From assembly GCA_964106915.2 (NCBI GenBank), contig OZ066919.1: 64,000 nt of DNA. One strand, given 5' to 3'. Shown here piece after piece: positions 35,312 to 49,500 of the stretch. The notes beneath the pieces were generated by a model. That model made no database searches and had not been told where the DNA came from. It saw only the letters and a list, made by a program, of their open reading frames with translations. Within the stretch, counting starts at the first letter, position 1, and each line of letters opens with the position of its first letter. Both the position numbers and the translations under genes were made by a program. Source of the DNA: Podarcis gaigeae. Lineage: Eukaryota.

Positions 35312-37309
35312 CACATCACTGGGCTGTTATGAGAGTAATTTTTGATGGTTTGAGATCTCCTAACAGAAAAAAAAGACTGGCAGGTATGAAGGGCAAAATC
35401 AGACTAGAACTACTGAAAATAAGCACACCACAGAGGGGGAGATCAAACTCCAATTTTCAGCGAATACTTGAAATATTCTATTAAGAAACTCTAGTGATGA
35501 CCATGACATTGCCAATACCATGCTCCATAAACACAGGATGTGGGTATACGATGGGACACCTGCTCTGTTTGTTGCACAAGACCGCCTCCTCCATCAGGAA
35601 AGGGGTCATTCAGCTTTGCATGTATGAAGTTCAATCCCCATATAGGACCTCATATTAAATGCAGAGAAAAGAACTGTCCCAGAAATCAGAGAGAATCATA
35701 GATTACCATTAGACAGACCAAAAAGTCTGACTCTTACAATAGTAGGCCAATTCCTTTATGCTATATTCTTCTATCTATCTCAATTGGAAATGCAGCCTAG
35801 TGACACCGGGAGTCCCTCCTCAGGAAAGGAATATTTGCAGGGAAACAAAATGGTTTGTGTATTTTGAGGATGAGGCTGTGAAATCGAGCAGTGCATTACA
35901 CTAAAATTTCAGCATGTTACACCAAAAATATACTTAGCTTAACACACTAGTGAGTTTCCTAGTTCTTCTTACATTTTCTGATTTTGCTATTTTCATGCAC
36001 ATCTCAAGGAGGCAGCCCTCATATTTTACTGTTGTACCCCTGCTATTAATAGCCAAAAACTAAAACAGGATGTCATTAGCACCTGCTCTGCAAACTCTGG
36101 CATGAGAAAGGCTGCTTGCTTTTGCACAATGCCCCTCACTCCAGGCACAGGAATAGGGCTGAAATAAAATCCTTGCTCCTAGTGAGTCTGAAACATTTGC
36201 CATGTTTAAACAATCCAGTTGTATTAGTTTCTGTCAGAGAAACCATTCTCCCTGGAACTTTCAGCAACAAAATGGATTGAGGAGATAAGAGGCCATAGTT
36301 ACCAGTACCTCTACTCTCCACCACAGCAGATACATGTATATTTGAGGTTGGTGAAATAAATCTAGGTACAAATCTTCAGTTGTATAATGGACCTATAATT
36401 TCCTGAGAAAAACAGAAACTGGTGCACACAGTTGGGTTTCAGCCAGCCAGCCAACAGCCCAGTGCAGCTACCTTTCCGGTTACAAAAAGAGAGGAAGGGA
36501 CAAAGCAATGAAATTGACAAACAGAAAAAGTTGGGGCATTTTGTCCTTCCCACCTGAAATCTGACAGGCCTGATCCTTTGTGGAGAATTACAGTATACCA
36601 GAAAAAATAATGCTATTTGGATGGAATGCAACAAAGTTATAGGCAGCAGATGACCAGATGAGCCTCTAATTGAAATAAATGGAAAGCACAAAACATGAAT
36701 GCAACCGAAAGGAATGGAAACAAAATGAAAGACTTAAAATGAGTGCGAAAATGAAAGAAAAAATATTGCACACCCCTGTCATCAAGAAAGTTCAAAGATA
36801 CTGTATCTTGATTTAAGAATGGAAGGATATGTGAGAAAACTTAGGGCAACTATCTGTGAGAAAGAGTGTGTATGTGATTATATTTTAGTTTCAATACAGT
36901 AATCTGCATAATTCCCCCCCAGTCTTACTGGTAGAAAAAGTCCTGCTGGGAAATTCCCAGCCATATAAGAGACAAATTTGTATCTAGAGGGCAGGATCAG
37001 GGGAAATCACACGATAAAGCTTTTCAAGTGATTAAACCTGTTCATTGCACATCAGTTACTCTTCTACTTCTATCATCATACTATATACAACATCTTAGCT
37101 TTGTGAAGGGATGCTACCACCAATCTGTCTTCTTCCTCCTAAGGAGCTACACTTCTGAGCTTCAACACTTATGTAGCAAGTCGAAATCTTGTTTTATTGA
37201 AACTAGTTTTATTTGAAAAAAGTGATAGTTGATAAATCAACTAGATTTAAAATATGAGAAACATTTAAAGTTTTATTTAAAGTATTTTCAGTAAAATATA
37301 CCAGCACAA

Positions 37310-37311
<2 letters not shown>

Positions 37312-37349
<38 letters not shown>
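37312..37349. repeat. (GT)n microsatellite
   Basis: Read directly. Confidence 0.95.
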
Positions 37350-37350
<1 letters not shown>

Positions 37351-39932
37351 ATGTGTTAAACACTTCAGTTCTGATCATTACAGCCCCTCTGATTTGTCAA
37401 GACAGAGGCCATCTGATTCAAAACAATGGAAATGGTAATTCTGGATATATAGACTTGACATCTTAAGACGACATGGCCTCAATTTGGGAATATAACACCT
37501 AGCATCACTCATCTACAGCAAATTCTAAATTTCTTAATATTCCACCATCCGTGATCTAGAATTGCCACCTTGGCTACTGTATCCTTTGACTCACATCGGA
37601 GCAGATAAAGAAGACAGGAGCCAAGACGTTATGCATTAAGACGTCAGTATCTCTGTTACGTTAACATTAATGTGTGTATTTCAAATAATGTCTCTGAACC
37701 CCAGCCACAGCAAGGAACTGTCCTCTGTGGAGAGAGCAGGACAGGGGCTCATTAGGGCGCAACACAACAACCCTGGTTAAGGTCTGTGTTCCCAGCATTC
37801 TTGATATGTATAATTCCATTACATCCACCCTGCACCCACCCAAAAGCAAATACATGGCATGATAAGAACAAAACAGCACAAACATGCAATGTGCATTATC
37901 ACTCTGGGATACTCATGGTTTTGACATATGTAGTTCATGGCCTAGTTAGCCATAGGAGCTTCTTAACCGAAGTATAGCACTTATGTAAAAAGCCATAAAT
38001 TCATGATATGAGTTATTAAGAGTGGTTGATTGGAAAATATGAGCTATAGTGATTACTGAAGCATGGGACTAACAAATTGAATGGCTAGGAAGTTAACACC
38101 CAGGACTGCATTTTTTGTGTGATTAGTAAGCCTTTAACATTTTCAAAGCCTTATCCCATAGTGATCATGGCTATCAGCTAACTGACTGAGATTATGATTG
38201 TTGCAAACCATTTGGAAACTTAGTGGTTTTAGGGTTGTTTTTAAAAAGATGTACAAACATTCACAGTAAACATATGGGCTGCATGCTGTTACAGCAAATC
38301 ACCTGCTTGCCCCCCTCCCAATGGACACAAACTTATTTAGTGGTCAGTGAAAGGGCTTGCTGTGGTATATGCCAATCCTGTGTTTAAGGGATCCATAAAC
38401 AGGGTAAAAAGGAACTTTTAACAAACACAGAGGCACTTAGTGTCCCATGGCTCACCTCCCACTTCTAGAGCTTGCTTAGCATAAAGACTAATCAATACAG
38501 GCATATTTGTTTACTTTCAGTTATTTACAGCAAACTGATGTATTGACCTCCCATTTTCAGCTCAGCATTCTGCCAGAAGCTGAAGGGAATGAAGAAACAC
38601 GCTGTAGCTTAAAACTTTATTGCAACTTTGACTGTCCAGACATGGCAGCTCACAATGGCCAAGTTAGTCTTCCTATGTGCTGTGCCGATAGACAGGTGGC
38701 CAACACAGGCAGAACTGCCACGTGTGGAAAAGAGATATGCTGAATGAATTTATCCAAACTCCAAATAGGTTTCATGCAGATTATACCCTGGTACTTTTCA
38801 GGCCAGAAAAGTGATGGTTTTGCAAGGTTGCTACTGAAGCATCTGCAATTTCAACGCATTTGTGATCTTCCTACATGATCACTGACAGTCATGAACATAT
38901 CACAAAGAGGCCTATGTGCTAAACTGCTTGGGAACTTTGCTTCAAGACAAATTGGCTGGGTAAATGGCACCATTATTTTAATGCAAATGAGCTTGCACCC
39001 TTGTATCATCATGCTTCAACTAGTTTAAAGTGACACTGAACAAAGAAACTATTAATCTGTGTAAACTGCCCAACATTAAGTCGTGTTGCCTCATATTTTA
39101 ACCATGCTGCACATCTTTATGAAACAGAAGCTCATCTGTATCCACATTATGCTCTAGTGTGAACATTATGAAGTTATAGTTTGTTGAATCTGAAATTGCT
39201 TGTTCTTTTTTTTTTATATAAGCCAAGATGGGGAGAGTGGGGGAGCCAAACACACAAGTCACACAAGTCATAAAAGATTCAGCCAATGGCTAAGAAAAAC
39301 TGTTTATTCTTTTCCCCACAGCAGCTGTGTAGTTTATTTATATAAAGATCCAATGTTATCTCCCTCCCATTGCTGTTCTTCCAAAAGTATGTGGGGGAAG
39401 AAGATCTGAAACATAGCAATTAGATGTATTGGAGATTCAAAAATAGTTGTTTGCTTGGGGGCTGACTTTTCTGGAACTAAAGGAAGCCACCCAACAGGAT
39501 CAAGCAAGCTATCTATCTTGACAGGATGAGAAGGGAGGGAAAAGCCCTACTTGTAGTTCAAATAGTGAGTGAAAATTTGACTATTCTTCCCATTAGTTCA
39601 GCAGAAGGATATTGAATGGTTTGAGCAAAGGTGGAGGGCAGCCACACTGCGACTATGTGACAAAATAAAGATGAATGGAAATGGAAAGAACCGGGTGAAT
39701 GAATGAAGGAGGGGGACAGAAGTGAAGGAAGAGAAAGGGTGTCCTCACCCGCTTTGCCTTCAGACTAGACCACTGGCAGTAGTTATGTGGCCCCCAATCA
39801 TTTTTACTTGAAAGAATTCCCACAACTCCCAACTGTGTTGCCTACTACTGGAAAAAGGATTTTTGCTCTAGGCCAAAAGCCACACATCTAAAATTAGAGT
39901 TGTCTGGAATCAGTAGGCACAGACTTAGCTTG

Positions 39933-39933
<1 letters not shown>

Positions 39934-39968
<35 letters not shown>
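39934..39968. repeat. (CA)n microsatellite
   Basis: Read directly. Confidence 0.95.
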
Positions 39969-39970
<2 letters not shown>

Positions 39971-41344
39971 CACTAACTTTGATAATTTAATTTTTGTGAA
40001 AGCTGCCACATGCTTTGACAAGGAAATGGACAGAGATGACAGTTTATTGGTGAAAGTCATAAGATTCACCTCAACCTTTAGTTTAACCAAACCCAACTCT
40101 GCTCCAGCAGAATTACTACTCCTGAAGAGGACTGACAGATCTTTCAGAAATACTATTATTCAAGCTTTTATTGCTACTTAACTTGCATAAGACGCAGACC
40201 AAGTATTATTTGAGATAGAAATGAAGGGTCAGTGTTTAGCCCACTATTAATTTTTCTAATGTACTTGATCTCAAAACACTGGAGAGCCTAGGTCCCTTTA
40301 CTTCACCTGTATATTGTTTCCTACATTATGTTCTTTACGAAACACTCTATTGCCATTTTGTCTACAATGCTGCCTGTATCATCTTTGGAATTTTGTCCCA
40401 CAAATTAACTATATCAGAATGTAAAAAGAACCACCTTGGATCAGACCAAAGACCTACCTAATTCATTTCCCTCTTTCCCTCAATAGTCACACAGAAGCCT
40501 GTGGAAAGCACAGTAGCCCTCTCTGACATGCTTCCTTTGATCCTTGAGGTAGTATATATCTATTATGGATGAGAAGAAGACATCCAACTGGAGATGTTGG
40601 ACTCTCTAGGCATTATTTTGAGAAGTAAACATATTGATCAGGTTGATGGACAAAGGGGAAAGCTGTCAGCAGAGCCATTATTGTAGAATACTCAAGCACC
40701 ACAACAAAACTGATAGCATTAGTTCTTTTTTTAAAATGAAGATCCCTCTTACTGATTTCAAAACCAGTAGACATTGTTTCCATAAAATGTGGTGCTCTGT
40801 CTTTGGAAGTGGAGAAGACACTTTATGTAACCATGCATTTTCCTTTTGTATGGCTTGGCAGAACCAAGCTTTGTTTGGAACAAATTTCATGCTGCAACTC
40901 TTAATAGTGGGTGTCTCCTCAAAATACCTGGGCTCTGAGGTGACTCATTGATATGCCTCCTGTGGCAAATCTGCACGAAGGGCATTGTTGTCTAGAATGC
41001 CTGAAGAAGATTTCAAACACCACCCTAGAAAACTTATGTACAGACATGCACAGTTACGAAACCCTCATACACTGCACCCAGCCTTCAACATCTTCTTATA
41101 AACATTGAACTTAATGGGATTTAGTCAGAGAGGTTAAGGTGCATACTTCCGCCAAAAAAGGTCTATGAAAGCCCATTTCCTTTCAGTGAACATTCAATCA
41201 AAATACTATTGTGGGGAAAGCGACCACCAAATTACTTTCTGCTGAAATACTGTAGTACCATAGAATAAAACAGATTTCTGTTAACTTTGCTATTGGGTTG
41301 TTGTTTTTTCACATGGAAAGGAGGCTTCAGATTTCCATTTTAAC

Positions 41345-41364
41345 AAGAAGAAGAAGAAGAAGAA

Positions 41365-41395
<31 letters not shown>

Positions 41396-41628
41396 TTGGA
41401 CTTGATATTCCACCTTTCACTCCCCTTAATGACTCTCAAAGTGGCTACCAATCTCCTTTTCCCTTCCTCCCCCACAACAAACACTCTGTGAGGTGAGTGA
41501 GGCTGAGAGACTTCAGAGATGTGTGACTAGCCCAAGGTCACCCAGCAGCTGCATGTGGAGGAGCAGGGAAGCGAACCCAGTTCACCAGATTACGAGTCCA
41601 CTGCTCTTAACCACTACACCACGCTGGA
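41345..41628 (-). mobile_element. tRNA-derived squamate SINE (Squam3-like) with (CTA)n/(CTT)n tail
   Basis: Reverse complement: ccagcgtggtgtagtggttaagagcag ... gggttcgcttccc ... tgaccttgggctagtcac; microsatellite tail at 41345-41395. Confidence 0.8.
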
Positions 41629-41706
41629 TCCACTACACATGAATTTAATTATTTCACAGAAAGAAGAACATATTTTATGGGGCCTCTAGTTCTAAATGCT
41701 ACTTTT

Positions 41707-41830
41707 CAGTGCTTTTTTTCTAGAAAAAAAGGTGCCAGAAATCAACATGAACGCCTTATAATGGCGAAGGCACCCACCTGATAGGTGCCGGAACTGAGTT
41801 CTGCTGAGTTCCAGCTGGAAAAAAGCCCTG
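41707..41830. mobile_element. hAT MITE with perfect 8-bp TSD
   Basis: ctactttt at 41699-41706 and 41831-41838; TIRs cagtgcttttt / aaaaagccctg. Confidence 0.85.
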
Positions 41831-42072
41831 CTACTTTTAAATGCTAAGAAACCCTTTTTGCCTCCAATAATTATTGTGGATTAAGCTCTGGAGAGTACAT
41901 CTGTGTTCAACCCATCAGGTATAGTTTAGATACTTGGATTAGTATATTCCTTTACAAACGAAAAATGAGTAACACCCAGAGTTCATTCACCCGTTCTAGA
42001 TCAGTCATACCCATTATCTCTTTTAAATACCAAAACTTAGTTTGTGAACCGCCAAGTTGGCATTTTACATTA

Positions 42073-42314
42073 CAGTGGTACCTTGGGTTAAGTACTTAAT
42101 TTGTTCCAGAGGTCCGTTCTTAACCTGAAACTGTTCTTAACCTGAAGCACCACTTTAGCTAGCGGGGCCTCCCGCTGCTGCCGCGCCACTGGAGCACGAT
42201 TTCTGTTCTCATCCTGAAGCAAAGTTCTTAACCCGAGGTACTATTTCTGGGTTAGCGGAGTCTGTAACCTGAAGTGTATGTAACCTGAAGCGTATGTAAC
42301 CCGAGGTACCACTG
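42073..42314. mobile_element. Tc1/mariner (Tigger-like) MITE with TA TSD
   Basis: ta|cagtggtaccttgggtta ... taacccgaggtaccactg|ta; internal taacctgaag repeats. Confidence 0.9.
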
Positions 42315-45300
42315 TACCATATTCTTTCAAAATGCTACTTCAGACTTTCTGGATTTCATAATCATATTAAAGCAAAGTGGGACCCAGAAGGTCACTAAAT
42401 TCTTTGCCATATCTGGACCTCAATGTTATACTCTCAAAGGACTTAATGTTTAGGGACATGTTTCAAGACAAATCCTCTTGGCACAGTAAACAAATACTTT
42501 GCAACAGAGATGCATTAAGGCTAATTGTCTTGACTGCTGTTCAGTCAGCTGGTTCATGAATGCTAGGAGCACTTAGTTGTTTGCACTTCTCCTAATCTGC
42601 TACAATAAATTCTTTTGCCCTAACAAAAGATGAAGAGAAAGGGGGGGAGGGGTATGTCATAACAGAGATATTTTGGGGGTGGGGGGGCAGGGAGAGGGCT
42701 AGGAAATATGAGCTGTTCCCAACATTCTCTGTTTGCTGGTACAAGTGCTCATGCACTAGCAAACAGGTGAGTTTTAATGCAATAGTTGCACTAACAGAAT
42801 CTTGTTGCACAACAGATTGTGCAACTAAGTCATCAGCAACCTGCTCATGCATTCACTTGCGCAACAACATTCTACTGATGCAAACAAATGTACCACTAAA
42901 GGAAGCATAAGAGAAGCCATGGAAGCCTAGTAAGAAACTAGTTTTATGAAAGGATGTTTTGAGATGGTGTTAGACTGCCAGCATGTCTCATAGTCAAAGC
43001 CACCATTTCCCTCCCACTCATGCCTATTTCCTCTGGATTAGCAACCCAGGGGCTCTTTGGAATTCCTCAGTGGGCTGAATTGGACTCTGAAACCTTCTAT
43101 TGCCAACCACTGCTTTAGAACAACTGTGAGGTACGTTTGTTCATTCAAGTCTCCGATAATCAGAGTTTCGATAACGTAAGCTACCTTATCTCAATTTTGT
43201 CTACTGTTCCTGACTTGGCTCATAAAGCAATATGCTTCAGAACTGCAATTTATAAACCAGATTCACAAAAGCAGCTCCCTTGATGACCACTACACTGCAG
43301 TTTAAAATATTTTTCCAGACAATGTTGCATTGTTATTGGTAGAATCCACTAGAAATTAAATGGAAAAATTACTCTAACTGTCTGCTCAGAATTTAGCTCC
43401 AGGCTCAGAACTTTGGTGCATGGCGTTGTAAATATTTTAAATAATTCAGGAACATGCCTGCAGGGACATATACAAGCAGCAGAGAAAGACTAAAGAAACA
43501 CTGCCTGCTAATGGATATTACAGTGGGCGTTAGAAACTCCAGGTTCCAATTCCAGGCCTCTTTAGCTTTAAGTGCTTTTCACAGCAACATGTGCAACATG
43601 CGCAATGTCTTGAAAGCCCCTTTCTAGCCAGGAAGACTTACTGGGCTATGGAAATTTCCAAAATCAAACTAAGGAAAACTGCACTATTGCTCTAGGCAAC
43701 AACTGAGAAAAAGCAACATACAGCAAATTGTCATCACCTCCACCTCATTAAGACCATTTTTAATTGTCATGCTAAAGCTTATAGATTGTGCACTTCCTTG
43801 ATTACTTTCAGAAGTGGCCAATGGGATGGAATATGGGTGGGGAAGCACACAATGCAATATCATCACAACATGGGGAAGTGATACCACGTTACAGGGAGGA
43901 CTTGGGGTGAGCTTGCCCTTTTAAGCAAGAGCATTCCTACATCACCCACAATGCACCGTTCTAAGCTAAATTAGGCTGGCTGTTCAGCAAGACTGGCTTG
44001 TACTCCTAGCTGCCAAGGTCACTCCCAAGTGTGCAGGTCTTCAACTGGTAGATCACAGTCATAATGAGGCTTCAACCGAATTGCGTTCAGTGGCGCCACA
44101 ACAATTCTTTGGAGATCGTCCTAAGTATTGGTGTTGGGGGAAATTGGATGGGTTTTTTTGGTAAGGATTTTTACTCTAAGTGCCTGTCCACAGTAAAACC
44201 AGTGTAGCGTATCTGATGCCTTAGTATACCAGAAGGTAGGTAGACAACAACTCATTGGTGGTCCACTGCTCATATGCACCTGACCAACTAGTACCTGCTG
44301 GTGGCTGGAATTCTTTCCAAAAGATGTTGCACTAGATGGAACTAGACCTAATCAATCAAGGATGAGAGTGAGACAGATTAGTTCTACAATTTTTATACTG
44401 CTTAGGTCTATATACTGGACTCTATATGATGAACACATTGGACCAGTTGAGACCCCCATGCTAAATGCCATATTCCTGTTGCATGAGACTGCCCATGCAG
44501 AAAGAACTAGAAGAAATGGAGCAGGACTGAAAAAGCACCTGGATTTTTGCTCACCTGTAACTCAGTACAGAGAATCATTAGATAAATTAAAAATGAGGTT
44601 AGTAACCATAGCAATTATCACAAGGGTTTTTTCTGCTCTGACAAAAAAGTATAGGATAACATGCAAATGTCTTAACCGAATTCTCCCATTTCATTCCACG
44701 TTGTCAAATGTCATGGACACCACTGCAAAGTGAAGGTAAGATGTTGCTGGCTAGGGCAAAGTCAACAGCCATCTTTCCCCTCCTGCCCCCATTACATGTT
44801 GATTAACATTGTTATTGCGTATACTATTCTTGCAAAACATTCCAATAAGGAACTTGGCATTCTTGAATACACTCAAATTCACTGAGACTACAGCAGGTTG
44901 ACAACTTAATGAAAACCCCATTCACAAAACCAAGTTCTAAACGGGGGACTAGTCACAATGTAAGCAGAGTGCACCCATTCAGTATAATTGTGTAAATCGT
45001 GATAACAGAATTGTACCAGCCTTCCTCAGCCTGGTGACCTCCAAGTGTTGCTAGTCTACCATCATCCCTGACAATTGGCCATGCTGGCTGGGGCAGATGG
45101 AAGTTGCAGGGCCCCAGACTGGAGAAGACCCCAACTAGTATGAAATTCCATTGCAATACTCTCTCAGCTAAAATGAAAAATCAGACCCATTAATACTACA
45201 GCACTCACTAAGCATACTGATTACAGAATAGTGGAAATCTTAGTCCTATATTCAGTCTCCAAACCTAACATTCTTATGGGAAACTGAACGAACTAACCAC

Positions 45301-45335
45301 TACCTTCAGGTTTAAAATGAGCACTATTATTGATT

Positions 45336-45625
45336 TTGACCAAACTGCGGGAGGCAGTAGAAGACAAGAGTGCCTGGCATGCTCTGGTCCATGGGGTCAC
45401 AAAGAGTCGGACACGACTAAACAACAACAATTGATTTGCAGGAGGCAGTGGAAGACAGGAGTGCCTGGTGCTCTGGTCCATGGGGTCACGAAGAGTCGGA
45501 CACGACTAAACAACAACAATTGATTTGCAGGAGGCAGTGGAAGACAGGAGTGCCTGGTGCTCTGGTCCATGGGGTCACGAAGAGTCGGACACGACTAAAC
45601 AACTAAACAACAACAACAACAACAC
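45336..45625 (+). mobile_element. Three tandem copies (89-bp period) of a BovB/RTE LINE 3' terminus with (CAA)n tails
   Basis: gcctgg..tgctctggtccatggggtcac(a/g)aagagtcggacacgact occurs three times; matches the BovB 3' end. Confidence 0.85.
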
Positions 45626-46214
45626 TGATTTGCAGATGCAAGAAAGCCTCTCCTCTGCACATTTGAGGTGTTTTAACTTTTAAGTTATCTGCTGCGAATT
45701 TAAGAGCAAGCCAGGAAGTCAGCCTGCCTGCAGTATTACATGGTACCATAGCAACACTGCTAGAAATATCAACATAGCAAACATTTTCAAACAGGGGGAG
45801 AATGGTTTGAATGATGTTGTTCTGTGTACCATTGGACCCCTCATGTTAAGGTTAACTCCTTATTTTTTCAGATTAAATTCCCTATTTTTTCCAGATTAAA
45901 TATTGTTTAATTCCTCTCCCCACCCTCACAGTTTTGCCAGATCAGGATTTCTTCAGTTCCTTTCCTCCTCCACATATTTGATTAGTTACCTGTCTCAACA
46001 AGCTCCTGTGTGAAATAACTCACTAGAACATGCTAATTGACTCATCTTTCTGGCAACATGAGGCATTTGCTGGAAAACACACACATTTTTTCTGTATCTG
46101 GTCTCACACTATGGTGCCAAATACTATCAGACTGGAGCTATGGAGTTTTGGCTCAGTAGTTGGCATCCATCTGTCACAGGAGACAATGGAGGAATGAGTC
46201 TTTGGGGTGAGGTT

Positions 46215-46287
46215 AATATTATAATATAATTAATATAATATAATATAATATAATATAATATAATATAATATAATATAATATAATATA
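46215..46287. repeat. (TAATA)n pentanucleotide microsatellite
   Basis: Read directly. Confidence 0.95.
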
Positions 46288-46373
46288 GGGGTGGTTTGCA
46301 CATCACACTAAGCCAAAGTATGGTTTAGAAGGACTGAACAAATGATCTTGCTAAGCCACAGTTTGGCTTAGTG

Positions 46374-46755
46374 TAGGGGTTCCCAAACTGTTGTTTGTGG
46401 GCCACTGGTGGTCTGTGAACTTCACTCAGGTGGTCCATGGCTGCCTGTGAAGAGCAGTGGATATGGCAGCTGCTCCATTGTTCTATGAACCCAATGGTCC
46501 ATCCACAAGGTGACCAAAAATGACTTGAGGGGTAGAGGGAAAGGAGCAGAGAGGGGGCTTAGGTACAGGAAAGACAGAGCGAAAGGAAGTAAACAAATAC
46601 TGTAAAAGCAAACAAAAGAAGCAATGCAAATAGAATTATATAGCTTCTAGCACAGTGAATTGCTACAATAGACAGAAAAATATTTAAATTGTCCACCAAA
46701 ACCCTCAGCAATTTTCAAGTGGTCCATGGGGGGGGGGGGAGTTTAGGAACCACTG
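46374..46755. mobile_element. hAT-Charlie-like MITE with 8-bp TSD, nested in an older palindromic element (~46293-46780)
   Basis: gcttagtg at 46366-46373 and 46756-46763; TIRs taggggttcccaaact / agtttaggaaccactg. Confidence 0.8.
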
Positions 46756-48849
46756 GCTTAGTGTGCCATGTGTGAACCAGGCTACTAAGTTAGAGTTTAA
46801 TTCTCAACAGCTGCAGGTTGGTCTGTGTCAGTGTTTTAATTCTGATTATTTTTTTGGCGATGTTAGTGCTATATTTGGTTATATTTATTTATGGGATGCA
46901 TTTTGTTGTTTTATTCTTTATTGTACATTGTCCTATGCTCCCTTGAGAGGAATTCAATAAATAAATATTAAAAATTCACAAGCCTTATACATTCTTGTCC
47001 TAGCAGGTAAATTATTTTTTGAATCTGGCCTCTGTTTACAACAGATTCATAAATTGTTGATTTATTTTAAAACAGAAATTGATACAATTGCAGCCATAGA
47101 CCAGGGTTGTTGAGGAACCATTGCCCTTAGTCTGCTCAGAAGGCTGCACTGGAATGTGGACCAACAGTTTTCCACTAAGATTAAAGTTCCCAACGTCTGT
47201 TTTAGGAGCTCATAATAATTGCTGGAAGAAAAAAGTCAACAGAAGGAAAACTAAAAGTAAGATGACGGGATGAGAGGAACATAAAAGTTAGCTATAAAGT
47301 ACCTGCAAATTAAAAATCTCATAAATAAATGGACACACAGAGAGAGAAAGAGAGTTGATCTATATAAAGTATCATATATAACATTACGGTTTGGTCAAGA
47401 AGCATCATATAACCCTTAGTACATCAGTCTGTGTTAGAAGATTCAGTACCATAATCCTATGCATCTCCGAATTACAGTCCCTATTGAATTTCATTATAAG
47501 ACAGAGCACCACACAACCACCCACAACAAGAGACCTTAGTATTAGGTTGCAGGTTCAATTTCACTGTAACATACATCCCCGGTGATTAGTCTGCATTTGG
47601 AGAGACAAAAGGGTCAAGTGCTAGGAAAGCCAACATGATTTCCCCAGCACAGTTCTGTTGAAATAATGAGAGGTTACAGATCTTTGAAAATTTGCATCCC
47701 CCATATATACAGCTTTTTCCTTTCTTCTCAAAAGTCTCCTGTATGCAGAACCTCCCCAAACAAAGCTGGTGCTCTTGGCATTCTGTATGTCTCTACAAGA
47801 GTTGTACAAAGGCCATATTTAAAGGCTGCACCTGTTTCCCCCCTCCAATAACAATCCCAGAAGATTCTTGGAGGTGCAGGAAAAACTCCATCCACACCGA
47901 GAGACCCATGTTTAACCAAACAGCTTGCATTTAAAACCTGGAGTCAGGGAGAATTTAGTTTATGTGATTCACAATTGTGGCAGAAATAGGAAAAGCTTCC
48001 TATTTGTTACATACAATATGCAATTATTCTCACCCTTCCTACCATAAGCAATCAGCTTCATTCAGCAATCAGCAGGAGGTTCTTAAGGTGATCAAGTGCT
48101 TTTGAGATTATCAATTACCCTTTTGTAAATCATCTGCTCTTTTACCCTATTAGGACATGATTTGTTCCTAAATCCTTTTTACCATAATTTGACATTCACT
48201 TCCTTAAGAATGCTGGGTGCTGCAAGGGGCAAGTTACTCCCACTGTTCAGTACATGCCATGCCCGTCATTCTGTTAAACCTTCCAACAATAATCCGTGCC
48301 AAAAGTAATCATACAGTTTTAACAGTCCCTCTAATGGTGACGGCAACAATTTCTTAAAAGTCTTAAATTATACTCTCCAGCCACCCAAAAGCCAGGGGAG
48401 GGAGAAGCTAGCTACTTACAATTCCCATTAAATGCAATGTGATGCTACGCAAAGATAGCAAGGAATAATTTATCAAGAATGCCAGTTCCCACAACACAGG
48501 AATTCGGGGAGTGCGAGGGGGGTTATAGAAAATATGCCATGATGACCTCTGTTTGTAACAGAAAATGTCATTATTAGTAAAGAAAGTTAGAAGTGAGTAA
48601 GTACTTCACTTACAATATGTTCAGCATACTTCTGGAATAGAATAGAGAATGAACCAACCTTTATAATCTAGTGGAACTCATTGTCACAGGATGACACTGA
48701 GAAGATCTTGACTTTTCCACATGACACAAATACATGTGAAAAGTGTTCAAAAGCATAAGACAGGGGGTGGGCAATCTTTATGTCCTCTGCATTCATTGTC
48801 ATGCACACACAGACACACATCCTCACTCGCAGGTGCACAAACACACATA

Positions 48850-49500
48850 TTCACTTACATTTGCGAGAGTAGTTTCAGTGGAGTGCAAAGGGTGAAAACC
48901 AGATTAGCGGCAGATTAAGAAGTTGGCTGGAGGAGAGAAAATTGAAACGGTAGACTCCAGGGGTTTGAAGGCAAAGGTAGTTGCAAGATGGCACATTAGT
49001 TGGAGAGGGAAGATGGGTTTGAGGTGGTTTGTATGTTAAGAACATGAAGACAATGGCATACTTAAATGCAATGTGGAAGGAGTCACAAGAGAGACAATGG
49101 TTGATTATGTAAAGGAAGGGAGGGATAATGGTGAGGAGGAAGATGGCAATCAGGAAATGGAAAACAGAATCAAGGTGGGATGTTGAGGCATTAGATGAGC
49201 ACATGGGCCAGTCAGTTCCTCAAGTGAGACAAAGGGGGAGGAAAGGAAGAGGAAGATGGAGGAGAAGGGGCAATTTGCAGAGCGGAATGGAGGAAGAGAG
49301 ATCACAGCATATGGTTTCAATTTTAGAACTGTAGGAGATGGCAACGTCTTGGACAGAGAGCGCAATGTAGAGAAGAAGTGGGACAGACCTTGGCAGATCA
49401 TCAAATGATAGAGAAGAGGCCCTGAGGATTCCTAGAAGTGGGGAGAGTCAGAGAAATACAGCTGTGTTGTTTGGCTAGGTAGATGGCAGATGAGGAGAGC
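48850..49500 (-). mobile_element. Ancient L2 LINE fragment (N-terminal part of the RT domain)
   Basis: Degenerate IIPPFLYIINHCLSCDSFHIAFKYAIV and SGFHPLHSTETTLANV, corresponding to L2 ILPFLTHIINxSLxxGxFPxAFKHAxV and QSGFRPLHSTETAL. Confidence 0.75.

Noticed and set aside
44362-44733. 123-aa ATG-initiated + ORF
   Set aside because: No recognisable domain or splice support; a length like this can arise by chance in 64 kb.
45336-45625. Repeat-spacer appearance resembling a CRISPR array
   Set aside because: Vertebrate DNA, identical spacers, and the repeat is a BovB 3' end.
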